A model generated the notes under the pieces. The model saw only the letters and a program-made list of their open reading frames with translations, did no database searches and was not told where the DNA came from. 57,792 nucleotides of DNA from the IMG/VR virus record IMGVR_UViG_3300043420_000463, positions 1-57,792 of that record. One strand, given 5' to 3'. Position 1 is the stretch's first letter. Each line of letters starts with the position of its first letter. The position numbers and the translations under genes were made by a program. This document shows positions 25,953-35,193 of this stretch, piece by piece. The stretch comes from a virus. Lineage: Duplodnaviria > Caudoviricetes.

Positions 25953-26122
25953 TGGAAGACTACACATATCACTACGATGATATGGATAAGGATAGCAGAC
26001 CACCTGCTTGCTACCAACTAACATATAGAGGGTGTAAGTATTGGTCTTGCTATCGAGTACATCTACGAGATTGGTTTGAAAGGATGATGACCTTTGAACC
26101 TATCTTTAACAGGAAGGGTTGA
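25952..26122 (+). CDS. 56-aa peptide with LTYRG motif
   Basis: GGAG RBS, TAGTG coupling; ...CYQLTYRGCKYWSCY... Confidence 0.6.
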   Translation: MEDYTYHYDDMDKDSRPPACYQLTYRGCKYWSCYRVHLRDWFERMMTFEPIFNRKG

Positions 26123-26147
26123 CGCCCTTCTTTTTTTATGCTAACAT
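26113..26147 (+). terminator. Terminator with embedded sigma70 promoter
   Basis: GAAGGG/CCCTTC plus T7; TTGACG in the loop, N17, TAACAT. Confidence 0.75.
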
Positions 26148-26167
26148 AGTTCAAACTGGACAAAACT

Positions 26168-26329
26168 ATGGACAGACAAAAACTAAAACTAATCATCAAG
26201 AACTTAGAGTTATTGGTAGAGAGTTTGAAGTCGGAAGTTTATTCAGATACTACATCTTATGTCGTTCGATCTAATGATGGAAAGGATATGAGTTATAGTG
26301 ATTATGATGACGATGGTTACACTGATTAA
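26168..26329 (+). CDS. Small hypothetical protein (53 aa)
   Basis: MDRQKLKLIIKNLELLVESLKSEVYSD...DDDGYTD. Confidence 0.75.
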   Translation: MDRQKLKLIIKNLELLVESLKSEVYSDTTSYVVRSNDGKDMSYSDYDDDGYTD

Positions 26330-26331
26330 AT

Positions 26332-26619
26332 ATGACACAGACACAACCCAAATCTCTTAAGCAATACATCAAGTGGCTTCAACAAGCAATTGATAACGGG
26401 CACTTGTATGATTCAGAAGAGTATGCTAAACTTAAAAAGGAGTTGTATGAAGCAAAGCGACTCCGCCAACTAGTACAAATACGTGAAAAAGCAGCCTATG
26501 GATTCGGATACCAATTTGAACCTCTCCCCAGTCCGTCTAGTGACAGTGACTCCAGAGGCGGAGAAGACGATGGGGTACGTGGCGAGGGTGAGCAACCCAC
26601 AGAACCAGGACAACCCTAA
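26332..26619 (+). CDS. Hypothetical protein, tail overlaps thyX
   Basis: 95-aa ORF; low-complexity tail in an alternate frame of thyX. Confidence 0.7.
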   Translation: MTQTQPKSLKQYIKWLQQAIDNGHLYDSEEYAKLKKELYEAKRLRQLVQIREKAAYGFGYQFEPLPSPSSDSDSRGGEDDGVRGEGEQPTEPGQP

Positions 26620-27160
26620 CGTCGCTGGTCTGCTCAAGTATTGTGTTAAGCATCAGCACTGGTCTGTATTCGAGCAGGCACACATGACCCTTGAGATTGA
26701 AACTACACGAGGTATCGCTGCCCAGATTCTTCGTCACCGTTCATTTACATTTCAAGAATTTTCACAACGCTATGCTGATGTAAATTGGTTGGAGTCTGGT
26801 ATTCCTGTGCCAGATCTTCGTAGTCAAGATACTAAGAACCGTCAGAATTCTATCGATGATATCTCTCCCGAAACAAAAAAAGATCTCCAAGCGTACATTG
26901 ATCGTCACTTCGCTGAAGCGATGGATCTCTACAATGAACTCCTTCGCCAAGGCATTGCTAAAGAATGCGCGAGATTCGTCCTACCACTAGCAACCCCAAC
27001 AAAAATCTACATGACTGGCTCTGTTCGGTCATGGATCCACTATATAGATCTACGGAGTGCTCATGGTACTCAAAAAGAACACATGGATATTGCTAACGCC
27101 TGTAAGCAAATCTTTGTCGAACAATTCCCTACTGTTTCTGAAGCTTTGGAGTGGAACTAA
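26498..27160 (+). CDS. thyX: FAD-dependent thymidylate synthase
   Basis: HWSVFE, QILRHRSFTFQEFSQRY motif, AKECARFVLP; start uncertain. Confidence 0.96.
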   Translation: MDSDTNLNLSPVRLVTVTPEAEKTMGYVARVSNPQNQDNPNVAGLLKYCVKHQHWSVFEQAHMTLEIETTRGIAAQILRHRSFTFQEFSQRYADVNWLESGIPVPDLRSQDTKNRQNSIDDISPETKKDLQAYIDRHFAEAMDLYNELLRQGIAKECARFVLPLATPTKIYMTGSVRSWIHYIDLRSAHGTQKEHMDIANACKQIFVEQFPTVSEALEWN

Positions 27161-27399
27161 TGCCTACTTATCCTGTTAAACATAAAGAGACTGGGGAAAC
27201 TCAAGAACTTTACATGACAATGAAAGAGTATGAGCAATGGAAGACTGAGAATCCTGAATGGGAAAAAGATTGGTCGGCTGGTGTTGCTGGTGTTGGTGAG
27301 GTAGGGGATTGGCGTAATAAAATGGGGAAGACACACCCAGGATGGTCTGATATTATGTCACGAGCATCTAAAGTTCCTGGTTCAACTATTCAGTGGTAA
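27160..27399 (+). CDS. Conserved hypothetical protein (MPTYPV family)
   Basis: TAATG coupling at 27160. Confidence 0.8.
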   Translation: MPTYPVKHKETGETQELYMTMKEYEQWKTENPEWEKDWSAGVAGVGEVGDWRNKMGKTHPGWSDIMSRASKVPGSTIQW

Positions 27400-27405
27400 T
27401 TAAAT

Positions 27406-28158
27406 ATGCCTAGAGCACGTAACAAAAAAGCTCCTGGAGCAGGCATGTCTGCTCGACAAATGAAGAGGAGAAAGCCTATCAATTCCGAGTATCTTCTTCC
27501 CATTGAACCTCTAACTGAAAACCAAGAAGTTATGTTCGAACGATATGGTCAAGGTAAAAACATTTTTGCTTATGGATGTGCTGGTACTGGTAAAACATTT
27601 GCCGCTTTGTATCTAGCACTAAAGGATGTTCTTGATGAGTACACTCCTTATCAAAAAGTTTACATTGTTAGATCGCTGGTTGCTACTAGAGAAATTGGAT
27701 TCCTACCTGGAACCCATGAAGATAAAGCAGACATCTATCAGATTCCATATAAAAATATGGTGAAGTATATGTTTGAGATGCCTGATGACAACAGTTTCGA
27801 CATGCTGTATGAGAATCTTAAGCATCAGGAAACCATTTCTTTTTGGTCAACTTCATTCCTTCGTGGAACCACTCTAGATAATTCTATTGTTCTTATCGAT
27901 GAATGTCAGAACTTAAACTTCCACGAACTTGATAGTATCATTACTCGTTGTGGTCAAGATACTAAGATCATTTTCTGTGGTGATGCTAGACAGTCTGACC
28001 TCCAAAAATCTAATGAACGTACAGGCATCATTGATTTCATGAAGATCATTCAAAGTATGGAAGAAGACTTTTCAATGATCGAATTTGGTATTGAAGATAT
28101 CGTTCGTTCTGGTCTCGTTAAGAATTATTTGATCGCTAAAATTAATATGGGATTCTGA
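27406..28158 (+). CDS. phoH: PhoH-like ATPase
   Basis: GCAGTGKT, IGFLPG, LRGTT, DECQN, GDARQSD, IVRSGLV. Confidence 0.96.
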   Translation: MPRARNKKAPGAGMSARQMKRRKPINSEYLLPIEPLTENQEVMFERYGQGKNIFAYGCAGTGKTFAALYLALKDVLDEYTPYQKVYIVRSLVATREIGFLPGTHEDKADIYQIPYKNMVKYMFEMPDDNSFDMLYENLKHQETISFWSTSFLRGTTLDNSIVLIDECQNLNFHELDSIITRCGQDTKIIFCGDARQSDLQKSNERTGIIDFMKIIQSMEEDFSMIEFGIEDIVRSGLVKNYLIAKINMGF

Positions 28159-28847
28159 TGAAAGTATTTGATCACGTGGGGATTGAACCCATTGAAATGA
28201 ACACTGTTACAATAGATGGGAAAAGATATTATGTTACTCCTAGCGGTAACAAGTATCCTTCAATCACCACAGTGATCAGTAATAACTCTAAGAAGCAAGC
28301 TGGTCTTGCTAAGTGGAGAGCAAGAGTAGGAAAAGATAAAGCACAAGCAGTATCTACTCGTGCCGCTGGTCGTGGTACTAGGTATCACAAACTAGTTGAA
28401 GACTACTTGAATAATGAATTAGATAAACAAAAGTATAGAGACATGCCACTTCCGTGGTTTATGTTCAATACATCACAGAAAGTCTTGGACCGTATAAATA
28501 ATATATACCTCCAAGAAGCAGCGTTGTATTCTGACACTCTTGAAATAGCTGGCAGAGTAGACTGTATCGCTGAGTTCGATGGGGAACTGAGCATTATTGA
28601 TTTCAAAACGTCTGCTAAACAGAAGAAAGAGCAACACTTATTCGACTACTATGTACAAGAATGTGGGTATGCTTGTATGCTTCAAGAGGTGTATGGTCTT
28701 ACTGTTAAACAGTTAGTCACAATTGTAGCCACAGAAGAGGGAGAAGCACAAGTTAGTGTTGTGCCACCTAAAAAAGAATATTTAATTACGCTACAGCAAT
28801 ACATTCAAGAATACAAAGAAAAACATGTCGAAAGATCTGGAGGATAA
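28158..28847 (+). CDS. PD-(D/E)XK exonuclease
   Basis: YPSITTV, RGTRYH, AGRVDC, IIDFKTS, YYVQ. Confidence 0.9.
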   Translation: MKVFDHVGIEPIEMNTVTIDGKRYYVTPSGNKYPSITTVISNNSKKQAGLAKWRARVGKDKAQAVSTRAAGRGTRYHKLVEDYLNNELDKQKYRDMPLPWFMFNTSQKVLDRINNIYLQEAALYSDTLEIAGRVDCIAEFDGELSIIDFKTSAKQKKEQHLFDYYVQECGYACMLQEVYGLTVKQLVTIVATEEGEAQVSVVPPKKEYLITLQQYIQEYKEKHVERSGG

Positions 28848-29070
28848 ATTTATGACAACTGCGAAATTTTCGCAGGACGTTGAGAAAGTGGCATTTGAAA
28901 ATCAAATGAACTATATTGATGCCATTATTTTTTACTGTGAAAAAAATGAAATTGAAATCGAATCAGTTGCTAAACTGATTAGCAAACCACTTAAGGAAAA
29001 ACTTAAGTACGATGCTCAGAAACTAAATTATATGAAGAAAACAAGTCGAGCTAAGTTGATGCTGGTATGA
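28825..29070 (+). CDS. gp33: Late-promoter coactivator gp33
   Basis: NYIDAIIFYCEKNEIEIESVAKLISKPLKEKL. Confidence 0.9.
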   Translation: MSKDLEDKFMTTAKFSQDVEKVAFENQMNYIDAIIFYCEKNEIEIESVAKLISKPLKEKLKYDAQKLNYMKKTSRAKLMLV

Positions 29071-29411
29071 GTAATTTCTTTCAGTCAGAAATGGTAAAAG
29101 GAGATCTCCAAGAAATGATGGAGCTCCAGAGGTATTGCTTCCAAGCAGCCCATGCTTTCCCTGTTCTTTCTCCTGAAAAGAAGATGGAATACTTTAATAT
29201 CTTGGAAGAACTTCTAGAGAAACAGAAGATCTTTAATGCCAGACTTCAACTTAGTGACGACCCAGAAGCTAAAGACATGGCAGAAAGTATGAAGACTGCT
29301 GCTGTTATGCTTGGTGGTGACGCCAATAAAACAATCAATGAGATCTTTGATGATCTCCTTGGTAAAGTTAAACTAATGAAGGACACCCTTCAAAGTGGCA
29401 CAGGGGATTGA
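29067..29411 (+). CDS. DUF1825-like protein
   Basis: FFQSEMV...RLQLSDDPEAK motif. Confidence 0.75.
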   Translation: MSNFFQSEMVKGDLQEMMELQRYCFQAAHAFPVLSPEKKMEYFNILEELLEKQKIFNARLQLSDDPEAKDMAESMKTAAVMLGGDANKTINEIFDDLLGKVKLMKDTLQSGTGD

Positions 29412-29437
29412 CACCCGCCCCTGTGCCCTGTTATTAT
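29397..29437 (+). promoter_or_regulatory. Hairpin with embedded sigma70 promoter upstream of gene 32
   Basis: GGCACAGGGG/CCCCTGTGCC; TTGACA in the loop, N18, TATTAT. Confidence 0.65.
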
Positions 29438-29466
29438 GTGTAGGTGGTTGAGGGGTCACACAACCA

Positions 29467-29496
29467 CAATCCGAAACAATCCGAGGTAATCCGAAT
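29467..29496 (+). repeat. Three 10-nt-period AATCCGA repeats across the gene 32 RBS
   Basis: CAATCCGAAA CAATCCGAGG TAATCCGAAT(G). Confidence 0.85.
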
Positions 29497-30382
29497 GTCA
29501 TTTGCAGATCTTAAGCGTAAGTCCCAGAATAGTTTTGAGTTCCTCCAGAAGGAACTTGAAAAGTCCAGCACCGATAAGACTGGTGCCGACGATCGTCTCT
29601 GGAAGCCCGAACTTGACGCTTCTGGTAACGGTTATGCCGTTATCCGTTTCCTCCCTGCCCCCGAGGGAGAAACTGTACCCTGGGCAAAAGTCTACTCCCA
29701 TGCTTTCCAAGGTCCTGGTGGTTGGTTCATCGAGAACTGCCTGACTACGAAAGGTGATAAGTGTCCTGTCTGCCTTCACAACAGCAGTCTGTGGAACAGT
29801 GGTATTGAGAGTGACAAAGAGGTTGCTCGTAAGCAGAAACGTAAACTGTCTTACTACAGCAACATCTATGTTGTGAAAGATCCTAAGAATCCCGAGAACG
29901 AAGGTAAGGTCTTCCTGTATCGTTATGGTAAGAAGATCTTTGATAAGGTCATGGCAGCGATGCAACCTGAGTTCCAAGATGAAACTCCCGTGAATCCTTT
30001 CGACCTGTGGGAAGGTGCTAACTTCAAACTGAAGATTAAAACTGTTGCTGGTTACTGGAACTACGATAGTTCTGAGTTCGATCGTGTTGCTGCTCTGTCA
30101 GCTGACGATGATGAACTGGAGAATATCTGGAAGCAAGGTTATTCTCTGGAATCATATACTGCTGACGGTGAGTTCAAGACCTATGATGATCTTGATACTC
30201 GTCTGAATGCTGTACTGAACACTGCTCCTCGTACCACCATTCGAGAGCAGGAAGAGGAAGAGTTTGAACCTGTTGCTGTTAGCACTCCTCCTGTTGCCTC
30301 TGGTTTCCGTGAGAGAATGACGGCATCTACTGACGATGACGATGCTCTCAGTTACTTCGCTCGTCTTGCTGAAGAAGACTGA
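29495..30382 (+). CDS. gp32: ssDNA-binding protein gp32
   Basis: MSFADLKRK, GNGYAVIRFLP, CPVC, acidic tail; start moved to ATG 29495. Confidence 0.96.
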   Translation: MSFADLKRKSQNSFEFLQKELEKSSTDKTGADDRLWKPELDASGNGYAVIRFLPAPEGETVPWAKVYSHAFQGPGGWFIENCLTTKGDKCPVCLHNSSLWNSGIESDKEVARKQKRKLSYYSNIYVVKDPKNPENEGKVFLYRYGKKIFDKVMAAMQPEFQDETPVNPFDLWEGANFKLKIKTVAGYWNYDSSEFDRVAALSADDDELENIWKQGYSLESYTADGEFKTYDDLDTRLNAVLNTAPRTTIREQEEEEFEPVAVSTPPVASGFRERMTASTDDDDALSYFARLAEED

Positions 30383-30406
30383 TACCAAAATCACATACTG
30401 AATTCT

Positions 30407-30441
30407 ATTGGCGGGAGAAAAATTTTCCCGCCAATTTTTTT
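30407..30441. terminator. Terminator between convergent gp32 and gp53
   Basis: ATTGGCGGGA/TCCCGCCAAT stem plus T tract. Confidence 0.8.
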
Positions 30442-30454
30442 ATGAAAAGGTCGA

Positions 30455-32215
30455 TCAGACTCCAGTCTTCTTTAACTTAGCATTAATATAATCAGAAGAC
30501 TTTTTATACTTGGATGCTTTCCTAAATTCGTCAACGAACTTGTCTATGTATTGTGGTTTGAGAAGAAATATTTCTCTATTCTTTTCATTTTCATTACTCT
30601 CGTATTCGAATTGAGTGACAGGTCTAGCAAGTTGACTACCACTAATTTCTTTTACTGTACCATTGTCTAAGTATTGAAATCCAGTTTCAATTTTCCTCTT
30701 CCAAGTTCCTTCGACATTCACCCAAGTAACATTGTCGATAATATAATAATCTGATTCTACTTGTACGACTTCATAATCAAGTGGACGTTCTACGCTAGTT
30801 GTCCCAGAGAATGTGATCGATTGGAATCCATAATTATCTGGACCAGTGTTTGAAGGTTGGTAGATTAACCATTCTGTAGTTGCTGTTCTTGCCTGTTCTG
30901 GGATGGCTAGCGAGAATGTAAATGGTTCTGAATCAAATCTGCCTCGTTGAATTCTATTCTCATCCCAACGGAAGTCTGCTGTTAATTCTAAATCTGGGAT
31001 GGGTGTTCTAACATCATTCTGAGCAAATGCTTCTGAAGCGTATACATATCCATTTCCAATGTCTTCATTCTTAACATACACCGACAATTCATAAGTAGCA
31101 ACACCAGCAGAGACAGACTCTCCTCTGTCAACAATATCTAGGTAGTAAATCTCTCCTTGATAATCAACAATGATATCTACTCTGGCACCAGTATCAATTT
31201 CGGCACCTCTATACACAGGAACATCTAGATAAATTCCTGCTCGTCTACCAGGATAGAATATGCCACCGATAACACCAGGACTGACAGGATCCGATTCAAC
31301 CGTGAGACCTTGAATCATTTTCACTGGGATGATGCTTCCTAGACTGAAGAAAGAATTACTATCTGGATCAGTTTTAAATCCTATGAACAAACCTTCGCCG
31401 TTGTTGCCAATGACATCTGGAAACTCTCCTCCATTTTGATCATTGCCAAACTGAGCGTAGATTGAAAGCATATTATATTCTCTACAGTCCATAGGCACTG
31501 TTTTAAAATACCTAGCATCCCCTGATCCTCCACCTTCAGATCCGCTTCTAAAATGTAAGTATCCAGAACTTCTGACCCCAGAAGTTAATGCTGGGTAGAA
31601 TACAAATCCGTCAGCACCAGTTCCAGATCCATATGAATCAAAATAAACACCCACTGGTCCGTAGTTGAAATCTATTAGATTGTTATCTGGACTACTAGCA
31701 GAGAAAATGTAACTGTTAACAATTGGAATGTAATCTACAGTTGGTGTGAGTTGGGGCAGTGTATCTGGAATATATCTTTCTTGTCCTTCATAAAAAGATT
31801 GATCTACCCACGTTCCAGCTGGCATTAATACTTTACCAAACTTGGAGATCTGTTCTTCTTCACTAATGATCTCGTAGTGGTGAATATCATAGTATGGATT
31901 GTCATACTGCTCTTCGACATGCTTTCTCAATTCAGATTCTGACATTGGTAGTCCGAATGATGGATTGATTAGGTTGTTTGTTAGTACAATTACCCAATCA
32001 TAGTATGGACTTCCATATAATTTTTCGGCAATCTGATCCAGTCTCTCTCCATCAGGTACGGCAGACTTGGTGTAGTATGTTGAGTAAGAGAAACCAGTAT
32101 CTGATACTTTAAATCTCTTGAAGAAGTTTTTCGCTACGACAAAATCAGATTCCGAGAATGGATAACTGATTGGTTTTGTGTCGTATTGAATAGATGGTAA
32201 GATGTCGAAATACAT
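30455..32215 (-). CDS. gp53: Baseplate wedge gp53 with large internal insertion
   Basis: GERLDQIAEKLYGSPYYDWVIVLTNN, IHHYE; C-terminal FEYE...NEKNREIFLLKPQY. Confidence 0.85.
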   Translation of the reverse strand: MYFDILPSIQYDTKPISYPFSESDFVVAKNFFKRFKVSDTGFSYSTYYTKSAVPDGERLDQIAEKLYGSPYYDWVIVLTNNLINPSFGLPMSESELRKHVEEQYDNPYYDIHHYEIISEEEQISKFGKVLMPAGTWVDQSFYEGQERYIPDTLPQLTPTVDYIPIVNSYIFSASSPDNNLIDFNYGPVGVYFDSYGSGTGADGFVFYPALTSGVRSSGYLHFRSGSEGGGSGDARYFKTVPMDCREYNMLSIYAQFGNDQNGGEFPDVIGNNGEGLFIGFKTDPDSNSFFSLGSIIPVKMIQGLTVESDPVSPGVIGGIFYPGRRAGIYLDVPVYRGAEIDTGARVDIIVDYQGEIYYLDIVDRGESVSAGVATYELSVYVKNEDIGNGYVYASEAFAQNDVRTPIPDLELTADFRWDENRIQRGRFDSEPFTFSLAIPEQARTATTEWLIYQPSNTGPDNYGFQSITFSGTTSVERPLDYEVVQVESDYYIIDNVTWVNVEGTWKRKIETGFQYLDNGTVKEISGSQLARPVTQFEYESNENEKNREIFLLKPQYIDKFVDEFRKASKYKKSSDYINAKLKKTGV

Positions 32216-33234
32216 TAGTAGGAAGTTCCTCCAACAACGATATCGTTTGAGTATACAAGTTTGGTTTCTTGGAATGATATTGATAATTCTGTTGCCACGG
32301 GGGATCCAGGCTCGGCACCACCATATGTAGCATACGATCCATCAGGTGTGTAACTCACACTGACATCAGTGATAGCACATACTTTGTATTGTGGAAGGAA
32401 AGGATGTAGTTCTCCGCCCTTCATAAATTGAACCCACACGAGACCAGGGACACCAATATAGTTAGCATTTTGATCTGGACTTGATTCATTGTCAGAACCT
32501 TGGGCATCTGGTGGTAAAAATGTTTTTAGTTTGTCAATGAAACCACCAATCCCAGCAGCAACAGCAGCAGAACCAGCAGAAGGTTGTTGACCTAAAGTTG
32601 GTAGAGCACACTTTTTAAAGGTGCCAACAATTGATCTAATTATCTTAGTTTCTTCAGCATTTCTGGGAGCCATTTTAAAGGATAAACTAAAGTTTCTTAG
32701 ACCAAATCCTTCGAACATAAGTTCTACGTTTGGGTTGAGAATGACTCCACCTACACCACCTAGAACGTCTTCAATACCAACCTGACCACCGATACCACCA
32801 GGAGCATTACTGATGGCACCAGCAAGAGCTTGTGCTTCTAAACTTGAGAATCGCTGCCCTGCTTGTGTGATAGCAGTGGTAACAGAGTTAACGAATCCAC
32901 CACCGTTTCCAGATCCAGCGGTGCCAGCAGTTTGTAAAGCATTCGCTGCTACGTTTGTGAATCCTTTACCACCCCAATCAGCAGTGTACTGTGCTGTAAT
33001 ATCTTCAGGCATATACAGCAGTACTGTTTGTAGTCCTGGATATTTTTCATAACTAGCACCATTGTATCTGTTTGATGTACTGCCACCAGGATTCTGAGCA
33101 AACGGTGGAGAATACTTATAGAAATCAAATTTCACATAGTCAGTATAATCACTGAATATTTTTTGTGGGTATGATAATCTACTTGAAGGTGGTGTGCTGC
33201 TAGTAGATCCTAAAATGTTGAGAACGTCTGCCAT
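32215..33234 (-). CDS. gp48: Baseplate tail-tube cap gp48
   Basis: LYMPEDI, ILNPNVELMFEG..LRNFSLSFKMAPRN, VSYTPDG, SFQET. Confidence 0.88.
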   Translation of the reverse strand: MADVLNILGSTSSTPPSSRLSYPQKIFSDYTDYVKFDFYKYSPPFAQNPGGSTSNRYNGASYEKYPGLQTVLLYMPEDITAQYTADWGGKGFTNVAANALQTAGTAGSGNGGGFVNSVTTAITQAGQRFSSLEAQALAGAISNAPGGIGGQVGIEDVLGGVGGVILNPNVELMFEGFGLRNFSLSFKMAPRNAEETKIIRSIVGTFKKCALPTLGQQPSAGSAAVAAGIGGFIDKLKTFLPPDAQGSDNESSPDQNANYIGVPGLVWVQFMKGGELHPFLPQYKVCAITDVSVSYTPDGSYATYGGAEPGSPVATELSISFQETKLVYSNDIVVGGTSY

Positions 33235-33921
33235 TTAGATTACCATCTCCCTATCTGATGCTTTGCCATATCCTTCGATGACTCTTTGTGCTTTAATGTT
33301 ATCATAAAGTGCTTCATTAGTTTCTTCCCAAACATCTTCTTTTTTGTATGGGAAGAGGTGACCGTTAACATTTTTCACAAAGTCCTCAGTTGGTAGTAGA
33401 ATGGCAGTGTCCCATTCAACAGCAGCGAGATCAAGGTACAGTCCCTCTACATGATCGTTAATGTATTTATGGAAGCACTTCTTGGGTATGTCTATACGAC
33501 CACCCATCAATTTCTGTACCGTAATTATTCTTTTCTTGGGAGACATATAATGTAAGTTGGCTCCCCAGAATTCATTCTGCTTTGCTTTGATTACATATAC
33601 TAAAGGAAATCTGTCATAGTATGGAAGCCATCTCATCTTCGCTTTGTACTCAAACATATAAAGATGTCCAGCAACAGGATATGATCTCAACACATTCAAG
33701 TCCTGTTCATTTTTACTTCCTGTTCTATCTCTACGTTCTGCCGCTACAAATTTAGAAAGATCTTTTTTGTACGATGAAGCTTCATCTTTAACAGCAGCAC
33801 GATACCATGACAGAGACTTCTTTTCTCCTTTTGTTTTTTCTGTTATTCTCTCAAAGAGAGTTTTGTAACCTGGAGTTTTATTTACTTGGTTACGTTGTAC
33901 TGATTTAAATCCAGTTGCCAT
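33235..33921 (-). CDS. gp2: DNA end protector gp2
   Basis: LPYYDRFPLV, FWGANLHY. Confidence 0.88.
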   Translation of the reverse strand: MATGFKSVQRNQVNKTPGYKTLFERITEKTKGEKKSLSWYRAAVKDEASSYKKDLSKFVAAERRDRTGSKNEQDLNVLRSYPVAGHLYMFEYKAKMRWLPYYDRFPLVYVIKAKQNEFWGANLHYMSPKKRIITVQKLMGGRIDIPKKCFHKYINDHVEGLYLDLAAVEWDTAILLPTEDFVKNVNGHLFPYKKEDVWEETNEALYDNIKAQRVIEGYGKASDREMVI

Positions 33922-33925
33922 TGGA

Positions 33926-34363
33926 CTATACTCCTAAGTGATCTTCGGTGAGGATTAAAAATTTCATCTGCCTATCCTCACAGAAGTCCTGAGCAGCATC
34001 CCACTTAGCGCGGTTCTTAACGTAGGTTAGGACTTCTTTTTTCCAAGCGGCAGTCTTACGTTTAGGTTTCTCATTCGGTGGTTGTGTTTGCTTCTTTGGT
34101 TTTACCTCGATAAGATACTTGCTAATCAGTCCAGACCGTGACTTTACTTTGATGTAGAAGTCTGGATAATACCGATGTATCCTACCATCAGTGGGACAAC
34201 GGTAAGGAATAATTACTTCCTCACTGCCCCACTCAACTATGCTATCATTATGATCACAGAAGAACATAAATTTTCTTTCCCACATACTTCTGTAGATGAT
34301 TCGTGTAGGGTTGCCCCTATATTTCTGTGGGTTTGTTGGTTTATAAATTCCAGAGTATGCCAT
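33926..34363 (-). CDS. gp4: Head completion nuclease gp4
   Basis: YRSMWER, WGSEE, HRYYPDF, IEVKPKKQ. Confidence 0.93.
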   Translation of the reverse strand: MAYSGIYKPTNPQKYRGNPTRIIYRSMWERKFMFFCDHNDSIVEWGSEEVIIPYRCPTDGRIHRYYPDFYIKVKSRSGLISKYLIEVKPKKQTQPPNEKPKRKTAAWKKEVLTYVKNRAKWDAAQDFCEDRQMKFLILTEDHLGV

Positions 34364-34398
34364 AATAAATATAGTTGGACCAACTATCTCTATTTAGT

Positions 34399-35169
34399 GT
34401 GGCAAAAGGCATAGCAAAATTTATTGACGTGATGGCCAAGCAAGGCGGCATGTCATATAGCAACAACTTTGATGTTGAATTTATGTTCAACAAGTCCCAG
34501 CATACTGACTTAAGATCTAGATTCAAAACCTTTGGTATTGACTTTGGAAATCTAGGTACTAATGCTACAGATGCTGATGAAAATGCTAAGGGAACACCAA
34601 CAGATGTGTTGAAAATGTTTTGTGAAGAAGCACAGATTCCTAATGTTCAAGCAGCAACAGGACAACTCAATGGAAGATTGATGGGAGAGGGTCAGGTAAA
34701 TTATGCTCACACAAAATTGTATACAGACTTCCAATTAGGATGGATGTGTGATGCTAACATGACTCCCCTTAAATTTCTTAACGCTTGGTACTCTTTTATT
34801 TTTGAGGAGTATGATGAAAAGGGAGTTGCTATTCTCGGATCTGCTGGTGGCGGAAACTATGCTAAAAAAGATGCTAGACTTCGTGATTTGAAGAAAGAAA
34901 CTGGTCTCATTGGTAGTAGAGAAAAGTCTGTACGCCTAAGATTTCCCGATGAATATCAATGTAATGTTGCCATTACTAAGACAGAGAAAGGAAGTAGTGC
35001 TGCTAATAGTAGAGGATCAATGATGTATACTTTGATCGATTGTTTTCCTTATGCTATTGATGCTGTACCATTATCATATGGGGCATCACAAGTTACTAAA
35101 GTTACTGCTAACTTCTACTACTCTAAGTACAGTGTTGTGTATAACGACATCACTAAGTTCAGGGGATAA
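34399..35169 (+). CDS. Tail-tube-related protein (gp54/gp19 fold)
   Basis: MFCEEAQIP, YTLIDCFPYAIDAVPLSYG...KVTANFYY; likely GTG start 34399; ATAAATA at 34365. Confidence 0.75.
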   Translation: MAKGIAKFIDVMAKQGGMSYSNNFDVEFMFNKSQHTDLRSRFKTFGIDFGNLGTNATDADENAKGTPTDVLKMFCEEAQIPNVQAATGQLNGRLMGEGQVNYAHTKLYTDFQLGWMCDANMTPLKFLNAWYSFIFEEYDEKGVAILGSAGGGNYAKKDARLRDLKKETGLIGSREKSVRLRFPDEYQCNVAITKTEKGSSAANSRGSMMYTLIDCFPYAIDAVPLSYGASQVTKVTANFYYSKYSVVYNDITKFRG

Positions 35170-35193
35170 ATATAAAATATAGAATAAATTGTT

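Noticed and set aside
26498-26619. Frameshift fusion between ORF 26332 and thyX
   Set aside because: No slippery heptamer seen; thyX has its own ATG and the overlap tail is low complexity
28158-28847. Cas4/CRISPR adaptation gene
   Set aside because: Lacks the Fe-S cysteine pattern; usual exonuclease position between phoH and gp33; no array
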